Assembly (NCBI GenBank): GCA_051362555.1
Contig: CM120644.1
Coordinates: 6,332,954 to 6,396,953 of the forward strand
Direction: 5' to 3'
Source: Lingula anatina
Taxonomy: Eukaryota > Animalia > Brachiopoda
Length of the DNA stretch: 64,000 nucleotides
Below are positions 53,080-64,000 of the stretch, piece by piece. The position numbers and the translations under genes are program-made. The notes below the pieces were generated by a model. It did no database searches, was not told where the DNA came from, and worked only from the letters and a program-made list of their open reading frames with translations. The number at the start of each line of letters is the position of its first letter. Positions within the stretch are counted from its first letter, which is position 1.

Positions 53080-55703
53080 ATGATGGATCTGCAAACCTTC
53101 CGATATTGTCTGATACTGGTAATGTTGTGTAATTGTATTCTGCTGATGGGCTATTTGTTATCACTGAAGAACACGTGAGTACCGTATTGATCAAGTTGTG
53201 TTGTACTCAGCGCACAGGAAAAATACAAAATTGACGGTTATTACAAATGGAAAACGGTCCTCAACCCTTGACATCTTTTAAAGTATATGCTTATCTTGTT
53301 ACAAAACTGAGGATGGCATCATAGTGATATTAATAGATACCATCACTTGTCTTAATATAACACTATTTTTCCTGCTATGGCTTGTGTGCTCCCCTAACAG
53401 CAATGTACATTATCAGGCAGTACATGTTACCGTCCATATCGTCATAGTTGGAGCCGTGACCATTCCTCGCTAAGACAGGGTTATATTCATCACTAACCAA
53501 CTTGGTCTGTGAATGACAATTTCGACATTGTATCTTTCTCGTTGTTTTCCTCATGATTGGACGAATCTTGAATAATCTTGCACCAATTAAAATAGATTAA
53601 ATTTTAAAAAATAATTTTCATATGTAAGAGTTTCCAGCCTCTGCAGTTGCAAAAATGCTTATCTTGCTTCAGGCGCAATATTACACCGCAGAGGGCATCG
53701 AGGCTGGATGTAAAGCCGGTTCTGGGGGTTCGGAGATTTCCAGATACAGAGGCTGAAGGTATTGGAAAAAGAAAAAACGAAGTTAAAGAAACAGATTTGA
53801 ATAAGCTTAAAACAAAAACAACTACCAAAAAAGCACCACCCATCTCATTCGCGAAATTGACTCGTACATGTAGCACAGCGCCAGACATGACGACCATGAC
53901 ACCTGCAACCATGGAAACCAGAAAGAGAGCCATGGCAACTAAGGCTGTACCTAACAAGCAGTCTGCAGTCGTTCATGTTGATCTGTCACGAAAATTGCCC
54001 ACGCCAGGAACTAGCCAGATTGATGAGAGCCCGTGCACTGGAAATAAAGTATATAAAGGACCCTGCAGCTGTGTTAGATTTCCCGACCATGACTTGCCTG
54101 GTTCAGTGTTGTAAAGTCTGGCAGGATCTGGTAATACGTGGACGCGTTTTTTGTTGGAACAGGCATCAGGTGAGACAGTCTGTACTGTGTATTTGCTTTT
54201 TATTAAATACAAATAGTACAGATCCTTATTTGGTTTTATTTTCATTTTAATTATTTGTTTCATTTTATCTTTATTTATCTATAAATTCCAGAATTCACTT
54301 TGCGTGACTGGCTTTTTCTTTAATCCAATTTCACCTTGTAGGATATTTCACTGGAAGCATCTACAACGACCCTGATCTTAAAAAAGGAGGTTTTCTAGGT
54401 GAATATAGACAAGACAGCAAGGTATTTGCCATTAAAACCCACGCAGGTGTAAATGAAACGCTTAAGAAATGCCAGAAAGCCAGAGATACGCCCATTGAAA
54501 GAGCTGTTGTCCTCATACGGGATACATTCAACGCCTCCATGAGCGAGTTGATGAGGAGGATAACGCACGGCTCACACACTGAGGTGGGTGAGCTTTCGGT
54601 AAAAGGCAAGTGCCGGTAACTAGCCCTTCCCTGCTTTACAAATGTTATGAACTCAAGATAGATACTGTAATATAGGTGGATTTAGATAATTTCCCAGATC
54701 TCTCTCTCTCTCTCTCGCAACAAAAATTTCTTGATAATATATTACACTCCTTTATGAAACGTTATCGTTTGAACAAAAAACAAGACTGCATTTAAAGTTG
54801 GTACGCAATCACTCAAGTATTAATCTGCATATCGCTTCCCACAAAACAAATGTTAACAAGCTTCAAGTGATCTTTTTATGTTACATTTAGTTGTTAAACT
54901 ATATCCGAGGGTTCCGAGATGTTGGGAGAAAGCGCATTATGGAATGGATTAGTAAACCTAAACTAGCAATATTTGTTCTACGGTGAGCAGCAGATATACG
55001 ATACTAGAACTTACACCAGGAGAATGTTCGTCAAAGCATAACAAATATGTACAATTTTTAATGTTTATAAAACTATTACTTATAAATTAATTGAAAAAAA
55101 TTGACTGTTGAAATCATTATCCCTTTTATTCCAAGCATATATTCGTTTTCTGAAAAAGGGAAAGAAATTAGGACGGTCTAACTAATTCGGTATGTTATAG
55201 AGAAGATATGACAGTAATTTATTTTTGCATGCAACACTTGTACAACATAAACATAAAACTCGTTCTTTCACAATTCTGCATATACGCAAAATATTCTTGA
55301 ATTACATGTATATCATCTTCAATTTTTACCTTAATTTTGATCATCTGATTATTTCAGTTATGACGCACTTAAAACCAACCTAGTCGAGGCTTTAAGGTCG
55401 GTAATGGCCTTTTTACAGTTGCCTGTGAGCGAAAAACGATTAGAATGCATCAAAAGGCACTCCGAAGGAAAGTTTCATCGACAAAATAGAACGACGCCGC
55501 TTTCATCCATTGCTAAAATGATTAAAGGCGTGTCGGAGCTTGCCGATAAACTTATTGAAGACACTCTGAAGCTAAGGTACAAATCTTTTCCTAATCTAAC
55601 CTGTGGATATGTACACAATAGTCATAGCACGGTCAAAGGAAATGCATGTAACTTTAAAAATAAGTTTGTTCATGGTATTTTTCTGCATTGTATACTACCT
55701 TAA
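53080..55703 (+). pseudogene. WSCD-family sulfotransferase copy B, disrupted
   Basis: Exons 53080-53174, 53673-54169, 54342-54605, 54891-54982, 55358-55703. TAC to TAA nonsense at 54112-54114 just before the PAPS-binding loop; fourth coding exon is 92 nt versus 94 nt (2-nt deletion). Confidence 0.85.
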
Positions 55704-56175
55704 ACCGTGGCGCAATTTGAATTTTTTAAAAATGTGTTTTATCTTAGCTTGAAGTTATTGGAACCCTAGATAAGACATTCTTGTTGGGAAATTCATTTGT
55801 TGCACGATGGTATACATAGCAGCTTTGGTGACTCAATTTCAACCTTAAAATACTGTATATTTGCGGTGAATTTTTTTTCTTGTGTTTTGTGTACCAGGGT
55901 AGAATTTTGTCTGGCTGAGAGACTTAAAATGAGTTGTTGCCCACACTGATTTCTTTTCAAAGAGAATTTGGGGCGGGTTGCTTTTGTAATAAAACCATTC
56001 AAGGTGAATAATTGTTGTCTATCTTGGAAACTACATGTACATGAACATGTCCTTTATGATTTGAAACAGCCGGCGTAAGTCATGCTGTAAATGCTGTACA
56101 GAAATAATTTTACATCTTCGGCACGTCGTGAACAACACAGAACATTTAATTTGTAACGTTGCGCTATTGAATCTA

Positions 56176-56256
56176 AGACCACATTCACAACGAGTTGAGC
56201 CATGGCTCTACAAATCCACGAACTAAATATGGCTCAACTCGTTGTGAATGCAGTCT
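56176..56256. mobile_element. About 80-bp hairpin MITE in the unit C promoter region
   Basis: AGACCACATTCACAACGAGTTGAGCCAT / ATGGCTCAACTCGTTGTGAATGCAGTCT; absent at the paralogous site in unit B (GAATCTACGTCA); consistent with a CTA duplication. Confidence 0.75.
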
Positions 56257-56685
56257 ACGTCATGCTTAGGACATGACACAGATAATGTTAAACATTACAA
56301 TTAGAACTGTCCAATCATCAAAGACCGCACTACGACGTAGCAACTCGGTCGATTACACGACAGTGGCGTAGATTGAAACTTATTTCTTATAATTGTATTT
56401 AACTATTTATAATTATTTTTATTCGAAGAAAGGACATTGCCAAGACGCTGACACAATGCAAATGTAAGCAAGTTTTCATATGTCTTTTTACACAATGTAT
56501 TTTAAAATATTTGATCAAATGCCGATGCTATTTGTATGCTTTTAGCCTACAGTTTGTACAGAACGGTTCAGGATTAAGAAGAGTTGTAAATTGATGTCGT
56601 TCATAACAAATAATGCAAGACAAATAACTTTGTTTTGATTTCCCTTTTATAAAAATTACAGGGTCGTGTACCTCCCTGGAGGGAC

Positions 56686-58308
56686 ATGAACCGGCCTGTG
56701 TTAAGTCGGTGTTGGGCGTGGCTCAACGCTATTCACGTAACCTGGCTGCTCTGTAGAGGTGAAGACAGCGTCCAGGTGGAAGACCAGAGAGGTATTTGAA
56801 GTTTTTTTAAATAGATATCGTGGCAAACAATACCATTATCTTGCTAACAATGATCTACATGTATTTCTGTATGGGAGCAATCAAGCGGAAATTTAATGTT
56901 ACATCAACCGTTACATGCACAGAAGAGGGGTTGCCATATGTTTTATTACGCCAGGTGAAATCTTCAGTCAATCTAAACGCCCGTTATACATTGATCTCAT
57001 CGTTATACATTGATCTCACCAAAATTCCCAAGAAATGCTGTGGAAAGCAGGGAAATTGATTCGTTCAAAGCAGAGACGATCGCCACAGTGCCAAATGGTG
57101 TGGATAGTGTTTGCGTGCAGCCACCAACAATCAAATCAATGGTATGGAAGCATTTGTAAATGTTTTGTTTGCTGGATTTGTATATTGTATTTTTTACAGT
57201 ATATTCAAATAAACCAATTGTGATTTGTCGGTGTAAATTACTCTCAAGTTTGTGCATATAACCACTGTTGAATTAACACATCTGTACCAAGTATAGATAT
57301 TTATGGAAATTCTTTAAAAAATAAAAAAAGTTTAACAGTTTTCTGCCAGTTTTAGCATCATGCGATGTCGAGCCTGTAGCAAGGGTGTTGCCTTGGAAAA
57401 GATTCAAAAAGAGGGTGACTCGGATGTTCTCGCTGAAGAGAAGACGGTCCAAGTACAGGGTAGATACAGCTCCAGCACCACCGACACCTACATTGGCACC
57501 AGTATTGGCACCACTGCCACGGGAAGGTACAGTTGAAGTTTTAAAATATAAGTCCTGAAGCACGGCTCGTACCATGTGTGACGTGAAGATTTTTAGCGCA
57601 TGCTATTTGGAAACACGGCAGTTAATTCTATATATTCATGATTTTTTATCAATATTTTAACTTTGTAAAGCTGATATGTGCCTCATCGTAAAAATCCTCT
57701 TTCTGTCGCTCATACATCAAACAGCATGAGGTTCGGATGAAAACGAAAGCGGGTGCCGACTTTAGGTCTACTGTATAACACGTGGGTTTAATGTATTATC
57801 GCTTTTCTATTCAAATTTTGTTCAGATATTTCTCAAAATATTTAAACCCATTATAAATGATTTTGTAGAATTTGAGGTGGTAACGTTCTTAGACATTGTA
57901 CAGTTTACACTGGAAGAAGAAGACGGGACACGTATAGAGGACCTAGAGACGGAGATTTGTGGTAACGGATTTATTTTTCTCCAATTTTAAAAACAGTCCT
58001 TCATTTAGTTTCTCGATAAATTCGAGTATGAATACTAGCGAATAGTAAATGTATGCTTTTTTAAATCACCATATATTAAGTACAATATTGAGTAAAATAT
58101 TGAGTATTTAGTAAAATACATTATATTTAAAATGAGACATTCGATATATCAATATAAAATTATGAACAAATACAACAGAATAAATTTTTGTAATTTTTTT
58201 TTTACAGATCATAATGAAATTCGTTTGGAAGACTTGACCAGTAGCAGCCCCGAGCGCGTCCTCAAATTCTCACATCCATCTGGACTCACGTGTGGAGTGG
58301 GTCTTTAA
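56686..58308 (+). CDS. Orphan gene copy C: uncharacterised 156-aa protein, open from the exon-2 Met
   Basis: GT-AG exons 56686-56791, 57356-57526, 57869-57961, 58208-58308 (471 nt, all phase-1 junctions, no stops). Differences from copy A include runs of synonymous changes and 3- and 6-nt indels. Upstream exon 1 (ends 56463) has ATG changed to TTG and an in-frame TGA. Confidence 0.72.
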
Positions 58309-60050
58309 ATCTGCCGTCCTATAATGACTTTCAAGTCATCTGCACGCAGACTTTGACTTAGTGTAAATATACATAGACAGGTGCTGCAGATATCATAAAT
58401 ACTGTTTGAATTACATCATACATGACGTTTGATACACTACCAAGTCAGTTATATTGATTTTTACCAGCCATGTCTTTAAGTAGGATATTAAGAAATTGAG
58501 AAGAACTGTACCTAGTTTTTATGTACACTGAGGCAGCAATTGTTGAGAATGACAGTTGGCGTTTGCCTCAGTGCGATCAGTGTCGCGTTGATGTCACATT
58601 CTCTATCTTGCAAGAGCGATACATGTAGCTGCCGTTCTATATGTATTATAGTCTTAACATACTTGTATATGTGAAAGTTTTGTAGAAAACAACACATTAA
58701 AATATTATATATTTCCATGTTTGCTTTTACAGAAAAAAAAAATTCTAGCAGACAGCCAGTATCTTTAGCGGCTGTATAAATAATAAAGGAATAATTTGTG
58801 TCCAATATGTTATGAGTGTAAAATGTAAGAAAAACGTTTTGAAATATAAAATATGGATACAACTGTATCTTTACTTGATATGTCACAGGTTGATAATAAT
58901 TTTTAAAATTCTTCAGCAGCTGAGACAAACATTAAATTTCACGCTCGTATATATCAATCAAAACGCATCGTGAATCAATGATAACATCTAGTTACACTGT
59001 AATTTATAGGGTCATAAGAACGAGATTTGCGACAAGACAAACTAATATCATTATTCCACATGTAAATGTTTGCTGGTTTAAAAAATTGACATGTGATAAT
59101 TCAAAATCGGAATTTCATGATAAATAAATCTCTGAGCACCTCTTTAATCTTACTTAATTTTTTTCCCAAAAATAAAATTAGTATTTAACCCATGGGCGCT
59201 TTTTCGTAATCTTAATCTTAACCTCTTTCGAGTTCAAACAGAGTCGGCGGTCTCTATGCAATCGTCCTTGTCACCTAGTGACAAACCTCAATATTTAAAG
59301 CTAACAGTTGTCTCTAAGTATTGCCTTCCCTAGCATGCTGGTAGACCTATGCGGTATATACGGTTTTGCCGATAAATGATTTATGTCAGAGCGGTGAGCT
59401 CTATACATCCCAGTTTATAATTGCAACTAAGAAGAAGGCATCAACAATCAGTAGGTAAGCATATGCTGTAGTTGTATTGTTGTCTCCTACTGAACTGAAC
59501 CTCATTCCTAGTGTCCGAAGCCCGTTGAAAGGGGGAGGCTGTGTGTGTGTGTGGGGGTGGGGGGGGGGGGGGGGAAATCTCTACTCTGAATCAAAATATA
59601 ATCTAGGCCCAAAGGTATGTCTTACCTTGGGACAAATCAACTGGGTAAAAGTCAAGGTTAACGTGTTTTAAAGGAAAAGCATGATTGTGCACAACTAAGA
59701 GAAATATAGTAAATTCTATTTTACCACCAAAACTGTAATGAGAGGGATGAATAACACATGTATGTTTCTTATTCATGTCATGTGCACAGAGGGTAGCTAT
59801 CTATGGAGGTCACGTGTTGCGACGACAAGCACAGATTCCAGAACAATAGCAATAACTGCCGTTTTGGTGGTAAAATTGAATTTATCAAATTTCTCTCAGT
59901 TGTGCACAATGTATTTAAAAAAGTGTGAAATATGGATCTTATATGAATAGTTGTTATCTCGTTAACTTCGAAGTCCCCTTCAGCTGCTTCTCAATGTGAC
60001 CCTGCAAGTACCAATTTCTTTCCAGGTCAGCAATAAACTTGTGGCCTTGA

Positions 60051-61680
60051 ATGATGAGTCTACCCTACGGTATTGCCTGATACTGGCAATGTTGGGTGGA
60101 TGTGTTCTGCTCATGAGATTGAGCTATTTGTTATCAATGATGAACTCGTGAGTAGCTTATTGATCAAGTTATGAAGTAGCCCATGGATCGCCCATCGCCC
60201 AGCAATAATATAAATTTGATGGTTACAACAAGAAAGTAACCACCAACCCTAGACATCTTTTAAATTACTCTTATCTTGTTTCAAAAATAAGGACTGCATT
60301 ATAGTGACATTTTATTTTATTAAAATAGCTATCATCAGTTGTATTTGTGCAACACCATATGTCCTGCTAGAGTTCGAGCGTTTCTCTAACAGCAATGTCG
60401 GAACATATTCAGACAGTAATCCCAATATGTACATATTGCCATCACATGTCCGTGTCGGCTGAACTGGAGATGTGACCATTCCTTGTTTAGACAAGACTAT
60501 TCATGGCACCTGAATCCGACATCGTATTTTTTTAGTTGTTTACTCAATATTGGACAAACGTTGAATAATTGTGCGCCAAAACAGATTGAATTTAAAAAAA
60601 AATAATTTGCATATGAAAGTCCCCAGCCTCTGCAATTGCAAAAATGCTTATCTTGTTTCAGGCGCAATATTCCACATCAAAGGGCATCGAGGCTGGCGGA
60701 AAACCCGGTCCTGGGGGTTCGGAGGTTTCCAGATACAGCGGTTGAAGGTTTTGGAAAAAGGCAAAACGAAGAAAAAAAAAAAAGCTTTGAATCAGCTTAA
60801 AACAAAGACAACTATCAAAAGGGCATCACGCATGACATTTGCTAAGTTAACCAGTAGCACTGCGTCAGACATGACAACCATGACGCCTGTAACCATGACA
60901 ACCAGAAAGCGAGCCATGACAACCAGGGCTGTCCCTAACAACCAGTCGGCAGTTGTTCATGTTGATCTAAAATGGAACATGACCACGCCAGGAACTGACC
61001 AGGCTGATGACCTCCCGTGCACTGGAAATAAAGTATATAAAGGACCCTGCAGCTGTGTCAGATTCCCCGACCATGACTTGCCTGGTTCAGTGTTGTACAG
61101 TCTGGCAGGATCTGGTAATACGTGGACGCGGTTTTTGTTGGAGCAGGCATCAGGTGAATCAATCTATTCTGTGTATTTGCTTTTTAAATACATTCAAATA
61201 GTACAGATCCGTTATTTATTTATTTGTGCTGAATAAAGTCCACCAGCGTTGTTTTCAAATAAATTTCATCAGTAAAATCAAGAATTCGCTTTTCGTTAAA
61301 TATCCCATTTCACCTTGGAGGATATTTCACTGGAAGCATGAACTACGACCCTGCTCTTAAAAAAGGAGGTTTTCGAGGTGAATATAGACAAGACAGCAAG
61401 GTATTTGCCATTAAACCCCACTCAGGTGTAAATGAAGCGCTTAAGAAATGTCAGAAAGCTAGAGATACGCCCATTGAAAGAGCTGCTGTCCTCATACGGG
61501 ATACATTCAACGCCTCCATGAGCGAGTTGATGAGGAGGATAACGCACGGCTCACACACTGACACGAGAAGTGAACTCTCGATAACAGGCAAGTTACTAGC
61601 ACTTTTCTGCTTTAAAAATGTTATGAATTCACGATAGATGCACTGTATCTGTAACGTTAATAGATTTGGATAATTTCCAT

Positions 61681-61725
<45 letters not shown>

Positions 61726-62864
61726 ACAAAATATTTCATTATAATGTATTCCGCTCCTTTATGAAACATGACCGTTTGAACATAAAAATGGACTGCGTTT
61801 GAAATTGGTGCGAAATCACTCAAGTATTTATTTGCGTTTTATTTCCCACGGCCGTTAAAAATGATGATGGTCAATGCGGAGAGCCAATGTTTACCAATGT
61901 TAGTTTTATGTGCTCTTTTTAATTTTACATGTAGCTGGTAAGCTAAAAAGGGTTCACGACGTTGGGAAAGAACTCACATTGGAATAGATTGAAAGCAACA
62001 CATAATTTATACCACGAGAGTGATGTCGGTGCAGAAAGAAAATTTGTTTAAATGATTCTTTCGTGTTATATTTAGTTGTTAGACTATACATCCGAGGGTT
62101 CCGAGATGCTGGGAGCAAGCGTACATTGGAATGGATTAACCAATCTAAACTACCAATATTTGTGCTACGGTGAGCGGCAGATATACAATATACAACAACT
62201 TACACCACGAGAATCATCATCAAAGCAGAAAAATTGCCTACAGTTTTTTAATGTTACTTTTTATCTTATCTTTAAATTAATTGGAAAATTTATGGATGTT
62301 CTGATCATTAACACGTTATTCTAAGCACGTTTTGTTTAATTTTCTGAAAAAAAAAGAGAATATAAAAAGATATGCTAAAAGGATCTAATTTGGTATGCCA
62401 CAGAATAAATATGACAGCAATAAATTGTTAACACTTGCGCGTACAACATAAACATATCACTCGTAATTTTACGGATCTGCAAATAAGAAATTTAATCTTG
62501 AAATAATGTAAATTATCTTCATTTAATAGCTTAACTTTTATTATCTTATTATTTCAGTTATGACGCACTTAAAAACAACCTAGTCGAGGCTTTAAGGTCG
62601 GTAATGACCTTTTTACAGATGCCTGTGATCGAAGAACGATTAGAATGCATCAAAAGGCACTCCGAAGGAAAGTTTCATCGAAGTAATAGAACGACGCTGC
62701 GATCACCCATTGCTAAAATGATTAGAGACGTATCGGAACCTGCCGATAAACTTATTGAAGACACTCTGAAGCTAAGATACAAATCTTTTCCCAATCTAAC
62801 CTGTGGATATGTACATAATAGTAATAGCACGGTCAAAGGAAGTGCATGTAAAATGAAACAATAA
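60051..62864 (+). pseudogene. WSCD-family sulfotransferase copy C, probably disrupted
   Basis: Exons 60051-60147, 60662-61153, 61321-61587, 62076-62169, 62558-62864. A 4-nt deletion in the signal-anchor exon gives TGA at 60078-60080; +1 in the A12 run at 60772-60783 (could be a sequencing error); KTH changed to KPH. Catalytic-domain exons are otherwise open. Confidence 0.75.
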
Positions 62865-63133
62865 GTTTGTTCATGATATTATTCTGCATTGTATACCACC
62901 TTTGAAATTGAAATTTTGAACAGTGACTTCTGTTTTACATGTAATTCAACTTACTGAAATGCAATATACAACATACCTGTTGGAATATTCATTTGTTGCA
63001 CGAGTGTATCTATATGTATATAGCAGCTTTGTTATTGCCATTCCCTTCACAACCGTAGACTGGGGAAAGCGCTTGAGGGAGCTGTTTCAGCTAAATACGA
63101 ACACAGAGTAAAGATCCAGACATTTTTTGTTTG

Positions 63134-63184
<51 letters not shown>
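63134..63184. repeat. Poly(A) tract
   Basis: About 50 A; expanded version of the shorter A run at about 50799 in unit A. Confidence 0.9.
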
Positions 63185-63185
<1 letters not shown>

Positions 63186-63453
63186 GTTAAAAGAAAAATA
63201 ATCGCAGTCCATCTTGAAAACTACATGTAAGTCATTAAGATATGGCCCACATGGTAGGCCTCTAACTTTGGCGAAGATGACAGGTACTTCGAAACATTTT
63301 TCCTAACTGTGATTATTTATCATTCTATTCACAAATTTGATATTAACGGCAATGGTAAATAAACATTGTTTGTGGCATTAGATCTTTGGTACATCGTGGA
63401 CAACAAATAAAAATTTAACGTGTCTTACACTGCTGAAACTACGTCAGGCTTAA

Positions 63454-63627
63454 CAGAGGCGGATTTAGGCCGTCTTCTAGGTCTTCCGGAAGACGGTCAG
63501 ATTTTCAAGTTTACATTGACGGGTATCTAAATTTTTCTGTCGGAAGACGGTCAAAAATGGAGGATGTATCAACAAAGACACTGGTAATTTGGAAGACTGT
63601 CAGAAAATAGTTCTGGATCCGCCCCTG
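63454..63627. mobile_element. hAT-like MITE with 5-bp TSD
   Basis: Ends CAGAGGCGGATTTAG / CTGGATCCGCCCCTG; CTTAA on both sides; empty site CACTTAAGTCATGA at about 51247; internal GGAAGACGGTCA repeats. Confidence 0.85.
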
Positions 63628-63798
63628 CTTAAGTCATGATGCAAGTAACGTAAAATGTCACAGATAGAAGTTTCCAATCAGCAAAAACCTCACTTCGCAT
63701 AGCAACTCGGTCAACTAAACACGACAGTAGCAGAGATTGAAATATGTTTCTCAGAACTGTGTTTCAAACAATCATTATTTTCATTTGAAAAAAGTACA

Positions 63799-63825
63799 AT
63801 GCCAATACGCTCGTGCAGTGCAAAT
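63799..63825 (+). other. Orphan-gene exon 1 homologue of unit D (MPIRSCSAN, GT donor)
   Basis: Aligns to 36535-36561 (MPRRSRNAN); the rest of the unit lies outside the window. Confidence 0.55.
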
Positions 63826-64000
63826 GTAAACAGGTTTTTTATGTTTCTTTTTAATGGGATGTTTTAAAATATTTGATCAAATGCAAAAGCTTTATTATGC
63901 TGTCAGCCTACAATTTGTGCCAAACAGTTCAGGATTTAGAAGAGTTGTAGTAAATTGATGTCGCTCATCAAAAATTAATTCTGATACACTTTATATTATA

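Larger units (their letters stand above)
36317..64000 (+). repeat. Tandem segmental duplication array: unit A about 36317-51190, B about 51190-56125, C about 56125-63395, D from about 63395 beyond the window
   Basis: The same promoter/exon-1 block (GGACAACA...ACGTCA...AATCA.CAAA...CACGACAGT...GCAAAT/GTAA) recurs at about 36320, 51195, 56130 and 63397; introns and intergenic DNA align between A and C throughout. Confidence 0.93.

Noticed and set aside
60051-60783. Compensating frameshifts (-4 and +1) that might restore sulfotransferase C
   Set aside because: The shifted frame hits TGA at 60078-60080, so the frame is not rescued; only a downstream Met plus a homopolymer error could give a truncated product.
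374-63111. Most short ORFs in the supplied track
   Set aside because: They are antisense shadows of exons, microsatellite translations (poly-ER, CV, LS, IYLF) or intronic chance ORFs with alternative starts and no motif support.
63134-63184. Poly(A) tail of a retrocopy or SINE
   Set aside because: Homologous to a shorter A run at the same position in unit A, with no TSD or element body; simple slippage expansion.

Overview
AT-rich, intron-rich animal genomic DNA from an invertebrate (lophotrochozoan-like in character; species not identifiable from sequence alone). Most ORF-track entries are spurious, so genes were rebuilt by hand from splice sites and exon phases. Left half: the 5' part of a minus-strand NWD2-like gene (DUF4062 + NACHT; 6 exons seen, running off the left edge at the Walker A motif) with TE-filled introns, then a complete 6-exon NOL7 gene on the minus strand. 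Right half (about 36.3 kb to the end): a tandem array of a two-gene cassette, made of a spliced orphan gene I do not recognise (about 156-173 aa) followed by a WSCD-family sulfotransferase with no WSC domain and a Thr-rich stem. Three sulfotransferase copies are present (A intact, B and C disrupted), plus two orphan gene bodies (A disrupted, C open from its exon-2 Met) and the start of a fourth unit. Mobile DNA includes two defective Tc1 copies, one carrying a nested ISL2EU element whose two genes are interleaved on opposite strands; hAT-like elements with 5- and 6-bp TSDs; MITEs with CTA/TAG TSDs; a Helentron-type HINE; an RTE LINE fragment; and a Ginger-like composite carrying tandem units with tRNA-like modules. 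No database searches were run; family calls rest on recognised motifs.
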